Assembly: GCA_021432655.1 (NCBI GenBank)
Contig: MU271186.1
Span: 62,001 to 126,000 of the forward strand
DNA from: Atractiella rhizophila
Taxonomy: Eukaryota
Direction of reading: 5' to 3'
DNA: 64,000 bases
The notes beneath the pieces were generated by a model. It worked only from the letters and a program-made list of their open reading frames with translations. It did no database searches and had not been told where the DNA came from. This document shows, in pieces, positions 38,072 to 52,513 of the stretch (position 1 is its first letter; the number at the start of each line of letters is the position of its first letter). The translations under genes and the position numbers were made by a program.

Positions 38072-38415
38072 GTGCGGAAAGAATGGCACGTGAAGTATCT
38101 GAAGGAAGAAGAGAAATGGATTGCACATGGCGGAAGTCAGGTTGCCATTTTGTGGTTAGATTTAGCTATTCTCTCAAGCTCATATGATCATCTTTTTCTG
38201 ATACTGGGACACCAGAGTTACTACTCCCTTGGCTCCGTTGGCAGGTACGTCTACCTGGCCCGCTCCTGATGATCAGAGAGATAGAGTTGACGTTTCGAAA
38301 GGTGGTGGTGGTCCCATCAATACCATCAGCGTTTAACTCTGCAGCGGTACACCAGTGGTGAGCAGAACAATGGTTTGGGCATTTCGTTGAAGAGGAGAAA
38401 CATCACGAAACCTGA
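38072..38415 (-). pseudogene. Degenerate fragment of the RPS5 3' half, including intron and 3' flank
   Basis: GTTAGATTTAGCTATTCTCTCAAGCTC, TTGACGTTTCGAAAG, TACCATCAGCG and GTACACCAGT match RPS5 at ~43420-43800 in the same order, with indels. Confidence 0.8.
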
Positions 38416-38699
38416 AAGAGGGCAGGTAGGTACACTGATCACCGCTCGCATCAACTGCCCCAACATCTGTGATCAGATGGCATCACGGAAGCGGCCGCCA
38501 CTTTCCAACCATCCGCTTAACCTGGAGAACTCCCAATAATATTTCTCAATGTAGAATCATATGATTTTATGATGCTGTAAGACTGATCTCGTAAGAATGC
38601 TCTACCTATAGCCACAAAGTAACATGACGGGCTCTGTAATGAAGTCTACATACAGGATTCACAAGAAAAAGATCAGTCGACCTTGTTAACAGGGTACAT

Positions 38700-39677
38700 A
38701 TTCAGGAAACTCCGCCCCATTCCACTTGGACTGAGGTCTAGATCATCGTCAGCAAAGGAGGTCACTCTCAACTCTCCACTTGTAAAGGAACTCATTAGGC
38801 GCAGAAAAAGGAAATTGAGACGGATTCACGAACATATCCACTAAGCCTTCGCTCCAATCAAACTCCCCTTTTGCTTGACCATCGGATTCAGGATTTCTGC
38901 TGAAGTTAAGACTGCCATCGGAAATCTGAGGAATTAAGTTTCTGAATGGAAGTTCGGTAGTCGGAGCAGCAGTCCTAGCGTTGAAACCTCCACGATACCA
39001 GTCAGCCTCTGTCGAATTGGAGAACAGATCCTACCCATGCTGGCAGCCTCTTGCACTAAGGACACAACGTCATCGTGTCGTGTTGACGGATGAGAGGATG
39101 GATTCGGCAGCCCAATCGGTGGAAGGATAGGAGGAGGAAGCGTGGCACCAAATTCTTGAAATGCGTTAGCTTTCGTTGAATAGGAGGAGAATCATCGTAC
39201 CCATGTAAATAACAGCCTGCTCCAAGGATTGAACAGCACCCAACAGCATTGGTGTAGCGGAGGATAGATAGAGATCGGGCAGCTGCATCAGCTGTAGAAT
39301 GGCTGAACGCACCACATCAACCGATGTTGGAACGTCGTTTGGAGAGCTTTCTTGCGGAGAACTCGGGTCACCGCTTACTGGTTTTTTTTTTCTAAACTCG
39401 CATGATGTTAACGCTTCTCATTCCGAGGAGGAAGACGACATACACTGGGACGAACTCGATGCCTATGCCGCTTTCAGTACAACTTGCTGCAGAGTAACGA
39501 ATAGTCCTACAAACCTCCTTTCTCAGCGTTGCAGCTAGTCGAGCCCAGTCTTTCCTCACACCGAGAGCAGACTCCTTTCTCAATCCGAGCCTCAAGATCA
39601 CACTTCCTACAAGTGCATAACAGTATGAGCAGGGAAAGGAGGTGGAAGGAGGGAACTACACTTTGGCTGCCCGACAT
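38700..39677 (-). CDS. Possible hypothetical or decayed gene with a Cys-rich N-terminus
   Basis: CSRCEERLGSTSC segment, splice-like signals and helical ORF pieces. Frame is ambiguous at a T-run near 39382-39391. Confidence 0.25.
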
Positions 39678-41049
39678 GACTGACCTGAAATGGATTCAGT
39701 AACGGAAGCGTTTGGGCGAGGAGCTACTCACAGACAAATCTGCTCCTCTTGTTATTTTGGCTTGGAATGCTGTTTACTTTCTTCATCCTTTCAGATTGCT
39801 GAGCTTGCAGAATAGTAAGGGCATTTTATAGCCTGGGGTAGGGTAGTAGCCTCTCGCCTGGAGCCGTTGAACGTCGCATACGATACTTCCTTTAACGAGA
39901 AGAACAAAGCAGTCAATGGGATCATGAACAAATCCCCGTCTAGGCTGATCGTGGATGGTGTATTGAACATACAACTCGCAGGGCTCGTTGGGAATATTCG
40001 AGTATGACTGTGTAAACAATTTATCGAGCTGGTACCGTTGCTACAGAGCTAGACATGATGTGGCTTCTGTCTCCCTTTCCAGCGCTTTCTGCCGACTACC
40101 GAGCAGCTCGCCATTCTCGAATCGGACCAGCAGGACGCAGAAGGATGGAGCACAGGACACATTCATTGTGTCGAGACGAACGAGTAAGCCATTGGTTGCG
40201 GCTGAGACGTTTGACTCCCAAAATTCAGTTAAATTCACACGCGAGGTTGTAGAAACGTCTTCATCGCTTCTGATGCAAACGCCAGAAGGGACGAAGCTCT
40301 CAGGTCATGGGAGCCGTCGCAGACCATCATTACAGCTCGTTTCAGCCTCCACAGGGCTGGCTTGGGTTGTAGCGCTCGGAAGGGCAGAGTTTTGTTACAG
40401 GGTCAAAGTCACATGACCCTTGCAAAAACCCCAAACCTCACCGAAACCCAACAGACGACTGCAAGAGCTCCTCATCCTCCCCAGTACAGTCACCAGTCCT
40501 CACACCTTTGCAATAACTAGGAAAAGAGATGTATCCGCACCATCCAGAGAAGGCTCTCAAAGCAATAAGTAAACTTCTACGTTTGCCTCTCCTTCCGCAC
40601 TTCAGACATCAGGGAACGACAGCGTTTTCAGTTGGCCTGGAACGCAGAGCAAGTGTTCTTCAGAGAGCAAAATGATTCTCTCAACGTATGTTCTAACTTA
40701 TCTATGATTTTCTGGGGACCTGTCACAGATCACGCGTTTGAATTCAAAGGATCATAACCCCTTTGTCACACCATAAACAAGGTCGAGCTTCGATCAGCGA
40801 GGCTCTTGGAATGCCGACAATTTCCAAGGCGGTCACGTCGAGACGCTTCATCGTGCTCCATCATTCACACTATCAGACGGCCGAACTGAAGTCTCCTCCC
40901 AGCCAAGATGAACTTGCACTGTTGCCCTCAGAAGACTACCAGCAGCGTGATTAGCTGGGAGAACGTTGGATGCTCGTGAGTGAGCAGCAACGGCAGGTGT
41001 GTGATCTCTATGGATCGCTTGTGATCTGTATCACAGAGGGCGTGCGTTC

Positions 41050-41520
41050 AGCTCTTGAGTGAACTTCACAAATCTCCTACAAAAAGTTGCTAGAGATGAG
41101 ACAAAGGCACAGATGATGTTGCATCGAGCCAAAAAGTTCCAGAATTTATGCTGAGGATTGAATAGCTACAAGGCGATGCCCTCGCTGATGTTCAACCCAT
41201 CTCGCCTTTTGAGCTTCAATTTCAGTGCGAATACATAATGCACAACACGGTGAAAGATTTGTGATGGTGATTGGCGTGCGCATCCCTTGAATTGGAAGTA
41301 TCTTGTTGAGATCTTGATGAAGTCAGGTCTGGGCGCCTCAGAATTTATACTGAACGCACGTCAACAGCTTCCAACAGTTCATCACAGATTATGTAGTTCA
41401 CGTATGAAAACGTCAGAGGAATGGATTGAGGACTTGACATGCTTGACATGTTGAACCACGCCGTTCAGCTGCTCAAGATTGCGCAAGATTATGAGTAGTC
41501 TGATGAACCGGAGGAGAAGT
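41050..41520. pseudogene. Diverged copy 2 of the segment at 36900-37420
   Basis: Shared blocks GATGGTGATTGG, ATCCCTTG, GATGAAGTCAGG and TGAAAACGTCA; the homologous frame has stops. Confidence 0.5.
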
Positions 41521-43536
41521 TCGTAGCAAGTCCCTACATCGCATGTTTTGGATCCATTCATTCCGGGATGATGACACCATGAGCTGTTTTGAGCTCAAAT
41601 GAGCTCAGCGTCGAATGGTGGCGTTCAAGACCCTGTAGGCCGTGTGCCAGTGCCAGTGCGAGCACAATCGAAGTAGGAGCTCCCAGCAACGAACACGGGC
41701 ATCACAGCTTGCAGAAGGCAACACTTTCCACCAAAAAAAAACATTCAAACCTCGCACCTCTAGTCCCTCACTCGTTTCAAAGCCATTCCCACCCTTGGAT
41801 CATTCCATCGTTACATACTATCACAGTCCTCCCAGAATGAGGAGGCATCGTTGACGACAGATCGCTGGCGCAACAAAAGGCGTCAGGAAAGCTATGAAGA
41901 GTTTAGAGGCAATGAGAGAGGAGAGAGGGAGAGGATAAAGAGTGATTAAGAGGAAAGTCGTTGCTGCACTAAAAGTGAAGCTAATTACGTGTAATCGGAA
42001 CCGCAGACACAGCAAAGTGTCATGGACACGGGTCCTTTTCATGGCGACCCCATGCCTGATAACTCGCCGCTAGCTCGTTCCCTGACTGAAATATTACCAG
42101 TTGTTATCCCACCTGTGATCCAACGTGAACGTGTAGCACATGGAAAGGAGGAATTCACGTCATCCACCTCGAACACTTTCTTGCAGATTTTCTGATCATA
42201 ATGTCGCTTTTGGCAGCAAGGGACGATCGCAGCGACACAACTGCTGTCCACTTGCTCCTGGCTGCTTTTCTAGTCGAATGGCCAAGGAAGTTTCCAACAG
42301 TCACGTTCGGTCACGTCGCTGCTCTCAAACTCCAACTTGAGCTTCATAAATATCGCTCTCCTTTAGACTCTGCCCTTACGCCTTCCATCCTCCGCACCAA
42401 CTGTTCGCCTTCACACTATCTGTCGAGAGCACAACTATTCAAGAGGACGTGCGAATGACGGAGTGGGAAGAACAATGAGCTACTAAGGCCTTCAATGAAG
42501 CTTCACCAGTGGTTGCACTTGTAAAAGGTGGGCATCTTCACATTGAAGCGAGCATGGCCATTGGAAGTACGTCCTTTTCATTCACCCTCTTATTGTGTCT
42601 GAGATTGTCGCCGTTAGGACGATTGTCTCGACAATTCAACAGTTGTCAGGCTCAGTGAATGATGTTCTTCCCTCTTCACGGTAGGAGTCTGCTGTAGTAA
42701 CCGAAAGCGTAGCCACATCGCCCGCCCAGTTACGTTACCCTTTGTTGTGTTAGGACATGAAACTAGCTGCGCTAGACGTGGATGGGCCTGCCCAGCTCTG
42801 TAGCGAGATTCGCGGGAAAGTTTACCTTTCGAACTGTCTAGTGGATACCTTCTGAGGCATGGAATATATTATAATCGAAATACTGCAATAAATCAGTATT
42901 TCACATTTTCTCGTGTCTAAATATTGTGCACAAATTGCCAACAACTAGTTCAAGAGCAAACCAGGAATACGTGTACCGGAGGCTTAAAGACTGTCATCTC
43001 AGTGCTTGTTCAAGTTGTACAGTTGTACTGAGAGTAAACTTCCTTTCATTCCTGAGACTCCAGAACTGTCAACCTGTCCCAACCACTCGTCCTGTCCTTT
43101 CCGACTCGATCGATCACAGCTGTAGTTCGGGTTATCTTGGAAGCCAACCGCGTCCTGGGCTGTTTTGAATGGAAATTGGATCCATTCCAAATGTGGGGAG
43201 GCGTGTACATCTGCTCAGGCAAAACCTGGCAAAGATTGTAACCAAACAAGCTGGAAGATGGGAATGTGGATAGACGGTCTTACGAAGGAAAGCATTCCAT
43301 TCTTTCGATCAGTTCCTGCTCCCTTCACGGTTACTTCCTGCACTTCCGCCGCCGTAGAACCATTCTTGAGTTTCCAAATGTGTGAAGACCTTAATCTTTA
43401 GTGTGTTACTTCCAGCCTCAGTGTGAGCGTGCACAAGATGGCATGTCAAGGAAAAGACGAAATGGATTGCATGGCGGGAGTCATAGCACATAAGTAGAGA
43501 TCCAACCATCCGAACAGTCGGTGCGATTTTGTAGGA

Positions 43537-44399
<863 letters not shown>

Positions 44400-44787
44400 C
44401 CTTGCCTCCTCCTGTAGGATTCCTTACCGTAGGTTTGCGAAGCGGAAGAACTAGAGATCGTGCAAAAAAATAGCAAAGCCCCAAATTTGTCTTGACTAAG
44501 GTTTGTCTACTTAGATCAATCCGCGCATTTCCGATAAAGTCTGATCCCGGTGTTTTGCGCCTGACCCTGCCTAACCGGCGGTTCCAGCCATCTCCAGCCA
44601 GCTTTCGCCACCCACTACTGAAAGTATAAGACAGGTCATGCAGCATAAAAAATCTCCAATGACATCTCTCCCACCATCCATCCGCTGGAAGCCTGAGAGT
44701 AATAACAGCCACAATTGCATAGTTCGCTGTGTCTTTCACAAGGAAGTTGGATGATAATTCGCTCGGCTCCATCCGTGTCCAAGCAAC

Positions 44788-47093
44788 ATGTTCTTGTCGC
44801 GTTCTCCCTCTTCCAGTTACACACGAACAGTTTCATGCGAACGTTCCTCTTCATCAAAGGGTGACGACCAATTCGAGTTTTCCGCTACAAAACGGCCAAA
44901 GCGACCAACGTGGAGCGAAGGATCGCAACTCCCCATTCAGAAACGCGAAAATCACAAGAGGCAGAGCTCTTTACAGCTTTCCAGTGCAGCCGCCTTTGTC
45001 CCCTTTTTACGAAGCAGAAAAGTCTCAATTTCATCAGAAGTCTCTTCCTCTTCTTCTGCAACTTCGACGTCTGGTTGGACCAAATTTTCCAATATGATGG
45101 ACTCGCCACTTTCACCTTTCCCTTCCAGCGGTTCAGGAAAGAACAGCAAGCTTAGGATGCTGCGCAGGAGAAAGAGCACTGACTCCATGGATTTCGAATG
45201 CAGAGGCGAGGACCTCGACTACCATTCCGACCTTAGTGGCTGTTGGGAGGATGGGAATCGGGGGTTGCCTGGCACCCCGTCGCTCGAGGGTGACGGTCAT
45301 AAAACTCGAAAGCTACTTGGAGTAGATGGCGCGGGATACTTCACAAATTCTGATCGGAGCTCTGGAGAGTCGTTCAACAGCATCAATTCGAATGTGCGTC
45401 TTCTCTTTGCCCCAGCAGACGATGCTTTGTATCTTCGGATCTCCTGCCACTCACTCTTATTTTGGGGTGTGCAGAACCTTTCAAGTTCACAGCCTCAATC
45501 AGGCTATTCTTCGAATCGCACCTCCGGTGAATCGTTTGATGGGGTTTGTCTTTCATCGCTTTCTGCAGTGCTTCGTCTGAGGGATATATCAGACTTCACC
45601 AGGCCTGAACATCATCAAATCTTTCAACGAACACCATTTCAATCGAGCGCCACGCTCCCACTCGCAAGAACCACAAAATGTGCGCTCTCCTCCTTTTCTT
45701 ACAAGCACAAAACTGATGACATGGAAACGGGTAGATTCGTCCCTCCACCGCATCAGGTAAAATGAGCATAGCAGGTCACTTCGTCCGCCGCTCCGAGAGC
45801 GCAATCAGCATCAATCCCGTGCGTAACTCTCTTCCCTTCCAATATTATTTCTCATGTCAAGTTATCCCCCAGGTTCGTCCATCAACCGCCAGCGGCACCT
45901 CAGCAGCAAAATTCAACGCTTTTTCCCATGCCTACGCTCCCACTCGCAGCTTCACCTCCGTACCCACGAACGAAGTAGCAGAAGATGTGCTCGTCACCCG
46001 TCCTTCAGAACCTCGTCGAAACCAGCGATCTAGCTCGTTCAATGCCTTCTCCCACGCGGCACCAAAACGTCCTCCCCGTCCAGAACGCGGACTGTCCATC
46101 CTCTACTCCGACGACCAGACGATTATTCCTCCTACCACTGAGCAGGTGGACTTGAAGGAGAACTCGGAAGCTCCAGTTTCAAACGATCTCCCTCCATCGT
46201 CTCCCGTTGAACCATTCAATGCTTTTGCTCATACCTCGAAAAGACGCTCGCGTCCTAATTCAGCCGAACACAACGTCACTGTCGTCCCTCCAACGCCGGG
46301 TGCAGAAACCAACGTTGTAGAAGAACCGGAACCAACAGCAGAGCCAATCAAGGCTCCAACCCCACCTCCTGCTGGACCGTTTAACCCTTTTGCGCACGCG
46401 CCTAGACGTCCTTGTCCCAAGCGACCTTCGCAGGCGTCTCTTGCTTCTTCCTCTCCCCCTGCTCCGCAAGCAGAGCTTCAGTCGGAAAAATCCGATGTCG
46501 TTGCAGCGCCAGTACCCATTCCTCCTCCAGTGACTGAGCCGTTCAACGCTTTCTCTCACCTGAGACGCTCTTCACGTCCAGAGAAAACCCCATCACCGCC
46601 TCCGCCCGCAGCTCCTGCTGAAAAAATTGCGAAGGAGGAGGGACAGAGGATGGAAATTTTCAATGTCTCTTGGGTTAATACTCCTGCGGCTGCTCCCGCA
46701 CCAGCGAAGATTAAGCCGCCTGTCGACCGTTCATGTAAACCAACAGTCGCACTGCAAGCTGAGGCGGAAGCTGTGGCTGTGGATCAAGCGGAGCCTGTTG
46801 TTGCTGCGGTCAAGGTTGAGGAGGAAGAAAAGATTGAAGAGAAGGTACCTGTACCGCATGTGAGGGAGCAAGGAATATTCAACATGACGTGGAAGACGAA
46901 ATTGGAGGAGATGAAGAATGGCACGCTGAGTGATGCCCCGCCGTTCATCACTTCCACCGACGGCACTCCCACTCCGGAGACTTCTGCAACTCTGGTTGGA
47001 ACAGGAACGGATATTACGCCGCCATTCGATCTAGAGCTTGAGGAGGAGGAGACACTCGTGTTCGATGGTAGAGCGTTTGTGAAACAGAATTGA
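44788..47093 (+). CDS. Hypothetical disordered Ser/Pro-rich protein with five FNxFxH motifs
   Basis: Long ORFs 44788-~45390 and ~45873-47093 linked by short exons and introns. Confidence 0.7.
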
Positions 47094-47369
47094 TAACCAA
47101 AAGTATGGACACTTCAGACATTTCCACCGTGAATCCTTTTTCAGCATCGATTACTTACACCAATCTAGTTGCATGTCGTCTTGTATCACTGTCATATTAG
47201 TTCAGCATTGTAACTTGTTCCTTTCTCACTTTTCGCGTCGGCGACCGTACGTACTATTGTTGATTACTCTTGCTGCCTGCAAAATTATTGCGAGGGGGGA
47301 GATTAAACTAAGACGCAATAGAAAATCGGGAAGCACGTGATCCTCGCTGAGAAATCGTAAACGACGAAA

Positions 47370-48312
47370 ATGTCAACTCCAGCCATCGTATCGCGACTTT
47401 CTCGAATAAAGCACATCCTACTCGTCCTATCTGGCAAAGGAGGTGTGGGGAAATCAAGTATAAGCGTCCAAATCTGTCTTTCCCTGTTGCACCTCCATCC
47501 TTCCTCCCATGTTGCATTGCTCGATGTGGATCTTACTGGGCCTTCGATCCCACGCATGTTGTCGCTCACTGGAGAACCTGTCTATCAATCTACGGAAGGT
47601 TGGGTACCTGTAAAGTGCGAGGTGCCACAGGACGTGAAAGAGAAGGGAGGGAAGTTGGAAGTGATGAGCTTAGGATTCTTGATCAAGGATGGAAGGGAGG
47701 GTGGAAGCGTGGTGTGGAGAGGTCCGAAGAAGGGTGGAATGATTGAGAAATTTTTAGGAGAAGTACGATGGGGAGAGGCAGATTGGTTAGTTATAGATAC
47801 GCCACCAGGTGAGGTCAATCTTTTCCTACTTCGAGCTGACTAGGTTCTAAGGCACTTCGGACGAACATATCTCTCTTTTAGAATATATCACTCCTCTACT
47901 TAACCCGTCTCTTCCTTCCGCACCAACTCTTCATTCCGTCCTCGTCACGACTCCTCAGTCGATATCTCTCTTGGATGTGTCCAAAGAATTGAATTTCTGT
48001 CGTCGAGTCCAGCTCCCGGTTCTCGGTCTCGTCGAGAATATGTCAGGATACGTCTGCCCTCATTGTGGAGAGATTGTCGGGATCTTTGGAACAGGTGGGG
48101 GAGAAGACTTCTGCAAGAAGGATGAAGAGGGTTTGCGATACTTAGGCAGGGTTCCCATCGAGCGAGAGCTGGGCGCTATCCTGGACGGCAGCGACTTGAG
48201 GGACAAAGAGAAACCGTTATTGGAGAGGTATCGAGGCACAAATACTTTCCCAATATTTATTCGGATAGCGGAGACCATTTCTGGCTTGATACGGAATGTA
48301 GAAAATGCATAG
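47370..48312 (+). CDS. CFD1: Cytosolic Fe-S cluster assembly NTPase Cfd1 (NUBP2)
   Basis: [42 protein letters not shown] and [12 protein letters not shown]. Lacks the Nbp35 N-terminal Cys cluster. Confidence 0.93.
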
Positions 48313-48399
48313 AACACCTTGCACTTCTACTTGTTGTAAAATGACATGGATATGCTAAATGCTAACTCTAACTGCACACCTTACGAGCAAATAAACACA

Positions 48400-49410
48400 C
48401 TATCCAAACCTCCTCTCCAGTCTTTCATACACCCACCAAATGATTGCACTACTCGGAGCGCTCCTTGCGATGGTAACTCCCATGCCAGCGTAGAAGCCGC
48501 GCACACCTCGCACTTTCCAAATTTCTCTCGCTTTTCCCCAGAAAGTACTTTTCTTCAACCCATTCTCTTCCTCGGTTTGGATAGCGCTCTTGATACAATC
48601 GGCAGGGAAGAATGAGACGTTGTAAGCTACACCAGCGAGAGCGCCAGATGTGAGGAGCTCAGGTGTCGAGAGAGGGGTTTGAGGCGAGGAATGTCGTGAT
48701 TGAAAGAACGCTTTCGAATAGCTGAAAACGGTAAACCACGCCATACCTCCTCCCGTCTCCCGTATTAGGGTCCCCGTCTGACCCAGCCAGAGTCCTCGAA
48801 CTCCATGGTCCCGCAAGACTCCTTGGAACATCTCGACGGGTCCAGGGGCACTGGCGAGTGAGAGAGCCGGTTGGAGCATCTGCACTTGTAGACGACACTT
48901 TATGAGTTCGACCGGCGTGAGGACAAAAGAGGCTGAGCAACCGGCGAGGGCGGAAGAGACGAGGAGAGGTCCGATTGGTGGGTTTGTGGATGATGAAGCT
49001 TGAGGTGCGAGGAGTGCTAGTGAGGACCGGTAGACGAAGAAGAGAGTTGCGTTTTCAAGCATAGCGCCGAGAACTGGCATGGAGAGTCCCTACAATATTG
49101 ATAAATGACTAAACAATCCAAACTTATAGTCCTTTAATCGCTCACGCGGTAGAGCCCACGGAAGCCTTCATGCTTCACGGTTCTTATGGCACAGTCTACA
49201 GGACCTCGAAAGGTTTCTTTTCCCGTTGCATCGAGAGGTTGGGACTGTAGTCGCACTTTGACGAGGTCGAAGGGATGCTCAAAGACTTTTGAAATCATCC
49301 CTGCTGCCTGATATCCCGTCAATACCCCTGGAAAGTCCAAAGGGGAGCGGAAGGCATACCGAACCATAGGAGATGTCTTTCAAGGCAGCATTAGTTCGTT
49401 GCTCCGACAT
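48400..49410 (-). CDS. Mitochondrial carrier, ornithine/basic amino acid type (Ort1-like)
   Basis: EHPFDLVKVRLQ, PVELIKCRLQ and PADCIKSAIQ signatures; ENATLF, RETGGG. Confidence 0.9.
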
Positions 49411-50005
49411 GGCGACACTTCAGTGGAACAGAGTCTGTAAAATTTGCTGTGTCTGTTCGATAGACAGCGAAGGGAACAGGGCAAAGACGATTGCGGCTGA
49501 TCCCAAACGATGAACTTGAAGTTGTGGTCAGCAAAATGCGAGACAAGTTGAGATAGAAATACAGAGTTTGCGTTCTCCTTCAACTTGATTTTCACCGTTG
49601 TCGGCGCAGAGTCGAATGGCAGGATCAGACGGCGCAGCAGACGGCGCAAGGAAAGAAATGTTGTCTGATGTTGGATGTGAGAGATATTGGTTCGGCGTTG
49701 GGAGATTAAGGTTACACCAAACTCCTTCCCGAGAAACAGCAACCTTATTCTGAAGACCAAGAGCAACTCTTTCTCCATCAGGCATCGTCGCATCGTCGTT
49801 TCTTTCAACCCTTTGTCATTTGTGATGTGACTAGCTAGAGATACATCGACGTATTAAGCTAATTTTGCCGAGCAGCTAGCGAAACAGAGACACGGACGAA
49901 AGCTGAAGCAAGAGCATTTGCATCCGTGAAGGAGAGAACTTGAGACAGACGCGCAAAATGAACAACCATGAAGAAAACGTCATACATAGGGGTCTCGAGC
50001 CTTTT

Positions 50006-52513
50006 ACTGTAATGTTTTGTGATCGCGTCCGACTTCTCTCTTCTCCAACCTCGAAGTTTTCGGCCAGCTGCTTCTGGCGACAAGGGAAAGGGAATAAGGA
50101 ATGAACCAAGGAATTGATTGCGAATCCAGGTAAGGACCCTTTCAGAAAAATGCCTCATTATGAACAACGAAATCTCAAGGAGAAACGAGACAACTATACG
50201 GCCCATGGAACCGCATATGGAGCCTCGAACATCGCTCTCATCCAACAGCTCATGGTATCAGAGTCACCAGTCCAGTCTTGGGAGGGAATGGGGTGCGAAG
50301 ATTGACCAACAAATTTCAACGGAACATGAGGAAAGCATCGAGGACGCTCAAAGGGAGATTTCAAACCCAGAAGAGGCGACCCCTTCGCAGGCTTGTCTCC
50401 CGTTGACCCAGTCAAGGACTGAAGCCGCTCCATCGCAAAAGCCAATTTCTCTTCCAATCCCAATTCGACCTTCCCTCATATCCAACCCTTCTTACCCGTC
50501 GACAAATTCGCCACTCTCTTTCCCACCGGAACTGACGATTATATCAAGGTCCCGCCATTCCTCTCCTACCTCTACTCCTCCACTTTGGGCACCACAATCT
50601 TCTAGCCCTTTCCCCTCCGTCGCTCCGTCCATCTCCCAAGCATCAGTATATACCGATGCTACAGGAAACAACCGTCCGCCCACTCCCCAACCTTCATCTG
50701 TCATTTTGAAGCGTTCCGATTCGGCTGGAAAAGGACCTCACGATCTCCCGCAAACTCACTTTCAACACGATCCCAGCCGAGAACTAGGGTCATCTTATAG
50801 TCCAACGGATGATGACCATGATCAGAAGGTGTTTTACAGACTTCGAGAGCAAGGGAGGGATCAGAGCATGAGCGAAATCGACATTTGGAGGAGGACTGTG
50901 ATGAGGACACGAAATTCGAACCTGGAGACAAGAAGTTTGGAACGGTTCAAGGATCAAAACTCTGATCTTGAAAGTGGAGACGATGCAGCTGATGAAGCCG
51001 AAGAGGTAAATGCAAGATTGGGAACGGTCTCTGATCCCACTCCACTCCTTGGACAGGAAGAGACAGACCACAAGCTGCCCACGCCGCTCAGGAACCTCAA
51101 GCTCTTTATTTCAACATCCGTCTGCTTCAACACCATCATTCTTTACGCTTCTATCCCCACTACTTTTTCTTTTAAGTCACTTCCCGGATGGATCGTAGCT
51201 TTGCTGGAGTGCTACCTCATTGGCAAGATTTCATTGGTTGGTTTTCTCCGTTCTTCACTGTAATGTTTTGTGATCGCGTCCGACTTCTCTCTTCTCCAAC
51301 CTCGAAGTTTTCGGCCAGCTGCTTCTGGCGACAAGGGAAAGGGAATAAGGAATGAACCAAGGAATTGATTGCGAATCCAGGTAAGGACCCTTTCAGAAAA
51401 ATGCCTCATTATGAACAACGAAATCTCAAGGAGAAACGAGACAACTATACGGCCCATGGAACCGCATATGGAGCCTCGAACATCGCTCTCATCCAACAGC
51501 TCATGGTATCAGAGTCACCAGTCCAGTCTTGGGAGGGAATGGGGTGCGAAGATTGACCAACAAATTTCAACGGAACATGAGGAAAGCATCGAGGACGCTC
51601 AAAGGGAGATTTCAAACCCAGAAGAGGCGACCCCTTCGCAGGCTTGTCTCCCGTTGACCCAGTCAAGGACTGAAGCCGCTCCATCGGAAAAGCCAATTTC
51701 TCTTCCAATCCCAATTCGACCTTCCCTCATATCCAACCCTTCTTACCCGTCGACAAATTCGCCACTCTCCTTCCCACCGGAACTGACGATTATATCAAGG
51801 TCTCGCCATTCCTCTCCTACTTCTACTCCTCCACTTTGGGCACCACAATCTTCTGGCCCTTTCCCCTTCGTCGCTCCGTCCATCTCCCAAGCATCAGTAT
51901 ATACCGGTGCTGCAGGAAGTAACCGTCCGCCTGCTCCCCAACCTTCATCTGTCATTTTGAAGCGTTCCGATTCGGCTGGAAAAGGACCGCACGATCTCCC
52001 GCAAACTCACTTTCAACACGATCCTAGCCGAGAACTAGGGTCATCTTATAGTCCAACGGATGATGACGATGATCAGAAGGTGTTTTACAGACTTCGAGAG
52101 CAAGGGAGAGTGAAGGATCAGAGCATGAGCGAAATCGACATTTGGAGGAGGACTGTGACGAGGACACGAAATTCGAACCTGGAGACAAGGAGTATGGAAC
52201 GGTTCAAGGATCAAAACTCTGATCTTGAAAGTGGAGACGATGCAGCTGATGAAGCCGAAGAGGTAAATGCAAGATTGGGAACGGTCTCTGATCCCTCTCC
52301 ACTCCTTGGACAGGAAGAGACAGACCACAAGCTGCCCACGCCGCTCAGGAACCTCAAGCTCTTTATTTCAACATCCGTCTGCTTCAACACCATCATTCTT
52401 TACGCTTCTATCCCCACTACTTTTTCTTTTAAGTCACTTCCCGGATGGATCGTAGCTTTGCTGGAGTGCTACCTCATTGGCAAGATTTCATTGGTTGGTT
52501 TTCTCCGTTCTTC
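50006..52513. repeat. ~1.25-kb tandem duplication with substitutions and a 6-bp indel
   Basis: 50006-51256 matches 51257-52513; the offset changes from 1251 to 1257. Confidence 0.97.
50101..51263 (+). pseudogene. Truncated duplicate (or alternate allele) of the downstream membrane protein gene
   Basis: Same protein as the 51352 gene but it stops at the duplication junction (FLRSSL*). Confidence 0.7.

Noticed and set aside
39700..43400. Transposon remnants in the gene-poor tract
   Set aside because: No RT, integrase or transposase motifs, LTRs or TIRs recognised.
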